Source: an uncultured Ignavibacteriales bacterium | GTDB taxonomy: Bacteria > Zixibacteria > MSB-5A5 > GN15 > FEB-12 | Reading direction: 5' to 3' | DNA: 64,000 nucleotides | NCBI GenBank assembly: GCA_964396245.1 | Contig: CAYNEO010000004.1 | Span: 72,402-136,401, forward strand | Part shown: positions 60,172-64,000 of the stretch, piece after piece | Layout: each line of letters opens with the position of its first letter | Numbering within the stretch: position 1 is the first letter of the stretch | The notes under the pieces: generated by a model | The model's input: the letters and a program-made list of their open reading frames with translations, nothing else | What the model was told of the DNA's origin: nothing | Database searches by the model: none | Made by a program: the position numbers and the translations under genes

Positions 60172-62316
60172 ATGGGTGACAAGAATGCGGGTCTCCGGCT
60201 GGATGAAATTCTGGTCTGGGAAGGGCTGGTAACCGAAGATCAGATCAAGGAAGTACTGGCCCGCCAGAAGGAAGAGGGCGGCCGGATAGGATCCCATCTC
60301 CTGCGCCAGGGTTTTATCGATGAACCCGGGCTTGTCAAAGCGCTCGCCAAGCAGTTCAACTGCGACGGCGTCGTGCTGAGCGATCTCGAAATACCGGAAA
60401 TCATCATCAAGTTCATCCCGCAGCGAATCGCGTTCGCACGCCGGGTTCTCCCGTTCGACTATGATCCTGAAACAAATGTCCTGAAAGTCGCATGCGAGGA
60501 TCCGCGCGACAAGCATCTCGCCGACGAGCTGAAATTCATCGTCCGGGGCAAAAAGCTCAAGCTGTTTGTGGCCGCCGAACTGTCACTAACCGCCGCGATT
60601 GAAAAATACTACGGCGAAACCGACCAGGTTGACCCGGAAGAGGTCGAAGCGGCCGACGATGTCGACAACGAACACGAGGCCAACCATCCCACATGGGGTA
60701 TCTCCGCCAACCAGGGATCGCGTGAACGCATCTTGCTCGTGACCGATGACGAAGACGGGGGCGAAACAATTCGCACCATCCTGGAACAGCAAAACTATGA
60801 AGTTACCGTCACGGATTCGGCCGATGATGCTATCGACATTATCGACGGTATCCAGTTCTCGACCGTGTTTATCAAGGACACTGTTCCGGGCGATTACATC
60901 GACCTGATCGACCGGCTTCGCAAAACCTCGCCGCGCACCCGCGTCCGTTATTACGAACACGCCGCGAGACTGCTCGTGGAAGACGAATCATCAGCCACCG
61001 CCCATGAACTGCTGATTAAAAATCTCGACCTGTTTACCTCGATGCTCGTCTCGCGCGATAAACTCCGGATCAACCACAGCGCTATTGTCGGCCAGTATGT
61101 CGACCGGCTCTGCCGGCGTATCGGTCTGCCCGACAAGGACCGGATGATCATCACGAGCGCGGCGTACCTGCATGACCTGGCGCGATTCTATTACAGCGGT
61201 TCCGAGGTGCCGAATAACCCGCGGAGCGAAGTCGAGATGAACGCCCGCCTGCTCGACTCATTGAATTTCTCGCCGCTGGTGGTCGCCGTGGTGAACTCGA
61301 TGTACATCAATCTTCGCAAGAAGTACACGAAACGTCTGCCGATAGAGGTCCTCGGGGGCAACATCATTACGATGGTCGACATCTTCTGCGAAACCGTGCC
61401 CGGCGACGAGCCGATTTCCGTCGACAAGTTCGAACTGATCAAGGAAAAACTCCACGACATGACCGGCCGTTTGTTCTTAAGCGAAGTTGTCGAAGCGTTC
61501 ATTGCGATGATTCAGGAAGAAATGCTGACCGAATCGCCGGACGGCAAATTCGGGCAGGTAATGATCTATTCTCCCGAGTCCGATCAACTGGCGTCCGTCG
61601 AACAGCGACTTAAGAACGAAGGATTCAGATCGGTTGCCCACCTCGCTATCGAACCGTTCATGGGCATGTTTCGTCGCGGACAGCCGGATATGATGATCCT
61701 GATGCAGGACGGCAGTGCCGACGCCGTCAATAAATTCGTCGACCAGTTAATAGACCAGGGCGTTGACTTCCATGCCGTGCCGACGTTCGTTCTTCTCGAG
61801 GGAGAGGTTGCCTCCGAATCGACATCGCTTCTCGAAAAGGGCATCGAAGATGTCATCCCGCTCAGCGACAATCTCGGCCTCCTGATCGTGAAAATGAAAA
61901 AGATTCGCTCCCGGATCGAAGCCGAGGCCGCCAGCCGCCAGAAACTCGAAGTCGAATCCGGTTCCTACGGCAACCTCCAGAACATGAATCTTATCGATCT
62001 GCTCCAGGCGCTTGGACCAAGCCGAAAAACCGTGAAAATCGATATCGCCGGACCCGACGGTCATTTTATACTCTACCTCGACCGGGGTGAGATACGCAAC
62101 GCAGTTTACGGTGAGAAGTCCGGCGCGGAGGCCGTCTACGAGGCAATGACATGGTCCAAAGGCAGCTGGCGAATCGAACCCGTAACTGACCGCAAGCTGC
62201 CGGAGCCGAACAACGACCAGTCAAATGAGTCTATCCTGATGGAAGGCTGCCGCCTGCTCGATGAACGTCTGCGAAGTCAGGCCGACGCCAATACCGAGCG
62301 GATCCATCACGTTTAA
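60172..62316 (+). CDS. multidomain signalling protein: MshEN (T2SSE_N) - REC-like - degenerate HD-GYP-like - REC-like - DUF4388/PATAN
   Basis: Tandem 24-aa MshEN motifs at aa 9-32 and 38-61. ILLVTDDEDG...VFIKD is a receiver-like fold. NHSAIVGQYVDRLCRRIGL...AAYLHDLARF is HD-like without HHE/GYP. The C-terminus has GNLQNMNLIDLLQAL...GEIRNAVYG, a DUF4388 pattern. Confidence 0.75.
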   Translation: MGDKNAGLRLDEILVWEGLVTEDQIKEVLARQKEEGGRIGSHLLRQGFIDEPGLVKALAKQFNCDGVVLSDLEIPEIIIKFIPQRIAFARRVLPFDYDPETNVLKVACEDPRDKHLADELKFIVRGKKLKLFVAAELSLTAAIEKYYGETDQVDPEEVEAADDVDNEHEANHPTWGISANQGSRERILLVTDDEDGGETIRTILEQQNYEVTVTDSADDAIDIIDGIQFSTVFIKDTVPGDYIDLIDRLRKTSPRTRVRYYEHAARLLVEDESSATAHELLIKNLDLFTSMLVSRDKLRINHSAIVGQYVDRLCRRIGLPDKDRMIITSAAYLHDLARFYYSGSEVPNNPRSEVEMNARLLDSLNFSPLVVAVVNSMYINLRKKYTKRLPIEVLGGNIITMVDIFCETVPGDEPISVDKFELIKEKLHDMTGRLFLSEVVEAFIAMIQEEMLTESPDGKFGQVMIYSPESDQLASVEQRLKNEGFRSVAHLAIEPFMGMFRRGQPDMMILMQDGSADAVNKFVDQLIDQGVDFHAVPTFVLLEGEVASESTSLLEKGIEDVIPLSDNLGLLIVKMKKIRSRIEAEAASRQKLEVESGSYGNLQNMNLIDLLQALGPSRKTVKIDIAGPDGHFILYLDRGEIRNAVYGEKSGAEAVYEAMTWSKGSWRIEPVTDRKLPEPNNDQSNESILMEGCRLLDERLRSQADANTERIHHV

Positions 62317-62492
62317 TACCTGAAGTTCTCGTTTCTTCCAGTCCGGGTTGATCGTCCGACCCGGAAACGCTTTCCACTTTATGTTGTTGTAGATATGACG
62401 GCGGTGTGAAATATGCGGCCGTTTCTCTTCTCGACGATTCACCTGATGATTACATGTTATTCATTGAATAGAAAGCTGCAAGGAGCAATGCA

Positions 62493-63275
62493 ATGATTAC
62501 GAGAACTGTTGTCTTCGCCGGGCTGTTCATCGGGAGTATCCTTATCCTCGCCGGCTGCAGCCCCCAGCAAGACGAGCTGCACGGCGCCGCCGGCCGAATC
62601 GCCCAGGCGTACGGTATCAATAGATTCACCGATCTGGGTGAAATACGGTTTACCTACAACGATTCGACTGCCGCCGAGACAACCCACCGGCACTGGAACT
62701 GGGAGCCGGAAACCGACCGCGTGGTCTATACGGGAATCGGCCCCGACGGCGACTCGATAAAATACGAGTACTTTCGCAACCAGATGAAAACCGGCGACAC
62801 CACGCTGAACAAGACCCTCGACAAATGGTTTGTCAATGACCAGTACTGGCTGTTCTTCCCCTTTCACCTGGCGTGGGACAACCATATCAAAATAAAAGAA
62901 GACAGCATCACTCCGCTTCCGATTCCCCCGGGGGAATCCCGCTCCTTTACGGTCACATATACCAAGGACGCTGAGCACATGCCCGGAGCCGTGATCCAGG
63001 TGTTCTACACGCCCGAGTACGCCATCACCCAGTGGATATTTCGCAAGGGTGGTGTCGGTGGAACCGCGCGTGTGACCACGTGGGAAGATTACGTTCGCCT
63101 CGGGCCGGTCACGCTCGCGCTTGATCACGAAGGCAAGGACGGCGAATACCGCCAGTGGTTTACCGATGTCGCTGCGAAATACCAGGGCGGCGGTGAGTGG
63201 TTTGAACCGACCAGAATATCACCGCAGACATCCGTGTTCGGCTACAGCGAGAGCGAAAATAACTTGCATCATTAG
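62493..63275 (+). CDS. hypothetical lipoprotein
   Basis: Lipobox ILAGC after the signal peptide. SD AAGGAG. No family recognised. Confidence 0.6.
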   Translation: MITRTVVFAGLFIGSILILAGCSPQQDELHGAAGRIAQAYGINRFTDLGEIRFTYNDSTAAETTHRHWNWEPETDRVVYTGIGPDGDSIKYEYFRNQMKTGDTTLNKTLDKWFVNDQYWLFFPFHLAWDNHIKIKEDSITPLPIPPGESRSFTVTYTKDAEHMPGAVIQVFYTPEYAITQWIFRKGGVGGTARVTTWEDYVRLGPVTLALDHEGKDGEYRQWFTDVAAKYQGGGEWFEPTRISPQTSVFGYSESENNLHH

Positions 63276-63299
63276 TTCAAACGTCTTACATTAATAACA

Positions 63300-63668
63300 G
63301 CGACAGGGAGAGCACCCCACAGCGCAGCAGAATAACAACGGGCTAATATCCAGACACGCGTCTGTGCACTCGAAAGGGCGATAACGGATCCACGCGTAAC
63401 CCTATCGCGGGCGTATGCCCGGACGTAACGCGTGGCGAGCGATCGATAGCACGGAAAATCTCCCGGCCGGTGAGCCACGGCATTGGTGCACCGGCGGGTG
63501 ATACGGGTGGGTTGTGTGCATTCGGCTGACTGTTCGTGATCTGGAGATAGCGGCAATCGGCGGGATGCGCCTTCCCCCAATAATCGCCGCTTTGGATGGC
63601 GGCGGAATGTGATGCCTCTTTTCTACTTTTCGCCAACCCCGCGGTATCCAGACCGCGGGGCTTTTTTT
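63300..63668 (+). ncRNA. candidate structured RNA or long structured 3' region (unclassified)
   Basis: No credible ORF. Nested GC-rich hairpins (CCACGCGT..CGGGC-gtat-GCCCG..ACGCGTGG; CCCGGCCGGTG/CACCGGCGGG; CGCCGC/GCGGCG). Ends in a strong terminator. Confidence 0.25.
63637..63668 (+). terminator. intrinsic terminator
   Basis: CCCCGCGGT-atccag-ACCGCGGGG followed by CT7. Confidence 0.85.
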
Positions 63669-63808
63669 CTTGCGATTTGCCCCGCTGGAACCTAATCTGT
63701 CAAAACCACATTAATACTTATTGTTGGAAAGCGACGGATCATCTGATTATGAAGTTCGTCGTAAACATACGTACATTCTGTAACCGAATAGTGAGATTGT
63801 TGAGAGAC

Positions 63809-64000
63809 ATGGCAGACGCGAAACGCAACAACGGAAAACTCATCGAAGTACGCCCGTCGGGCATCGCCGGAACCGGCGTCTATGCCGCGAAGCGAATCAG
63901 AAAGGGGCGGCGGATCATTGAATATGTCGGCGAACGTATCGGTCCCGACGAAGAATTGAAACGCTATCCCGAAACGGGCAAGAAACATCACCACACTTTT
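63809..64000 (+). CDS. SET domain protein (3'-truncated by window edge)
   Basis: ATG 63809: MADAKRNNGKLIEVRPSGIAGTGVYAAKRIRKGRRIIEYVGERI... shows the typical bacterial SET N-terminal pattern. Absent from the ORF track because it has no stop within the window. Confidence 0.7.
   Translation, partial: MADAKRNNGKLIEVRPSGIAGTGVYAAKRIRKGRRIIEYVGERIGPDEELKRYPETGKKHHHTF

Noticed and set aside
63290-63640. Tried to assign the structured region to RNase P, tmRNA, SRP RNA, or to cobalamin, TPP, FMN, ZTP or guanidine riboswitches
   Set aside because: Only short chance-level similarities were found (for example GATCTGGAGATAGCGGCA versus the TPP P4/P5 region, and CACCGGCGGGTGA versus the FMN core). The invariant cores (GGAAAGTCC, CUGAGA, B12 box and others) are absent on both strands. 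The region is kept as an unclassified candidate.

Overview
Dense chromosomal segment of about 60 genes, mostly housekeeping. I found no rRNA or tRNA genes, CRISPR arrays, transposases or integrases. A subtilisin-like protease carries a type IX secretion (Por) C-terminal sorting domain, which suggests an FCB-superphylum-like bacterium; this is an inference only. Recognisable blocks: comEA-like/coaD/lysS; lolCE-lolD followed directly by mcsA-mcsB-clpC; a solitary rpmA; an M48 peptidase overlapping a catalytically degenerate M1-like protein; fumC; mop; rqcH; ispG; rnhB-yraN; rsmD; the ffh-rpsP-KH-rimM-trmD-rplS operon; S9 hydrolase/PASTA/rsmB/radical-SAM/tsaD/ybbR; M20 amidohydrolase and nfi; an epimerase/GT-C/CPXCG cluster; a Na:alanine symporter; eno-(insert)-ftsB-recO-glyQS; sodB; selD. 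The strongest candidate for something undescribed is an isolated + strand gene at 42878..44083. It encodes a DprA/SLOG-like Rossmann module fused to an AbiGi-like module. About 670 nt of non-coding DNA precede it, including a strongly Shine-Dalgarno-driven 37-codon upstream ORF, and a bidirectional terminator closes it. Other notable items: selD is a selenoprotein gene whose in-frame UGA truncates the automatic ORF call; a 714-aa signalling protein has a textbook tandem MshEN c-di-GMP-binding motif; three long structured non-coding regions lie at 18.1-18.6 kb, 52.2-52.7 kb and 63.3-63.7 kb. All family assignments come from motif reading by eye. No database search, fold prediction or composition calculation was run.
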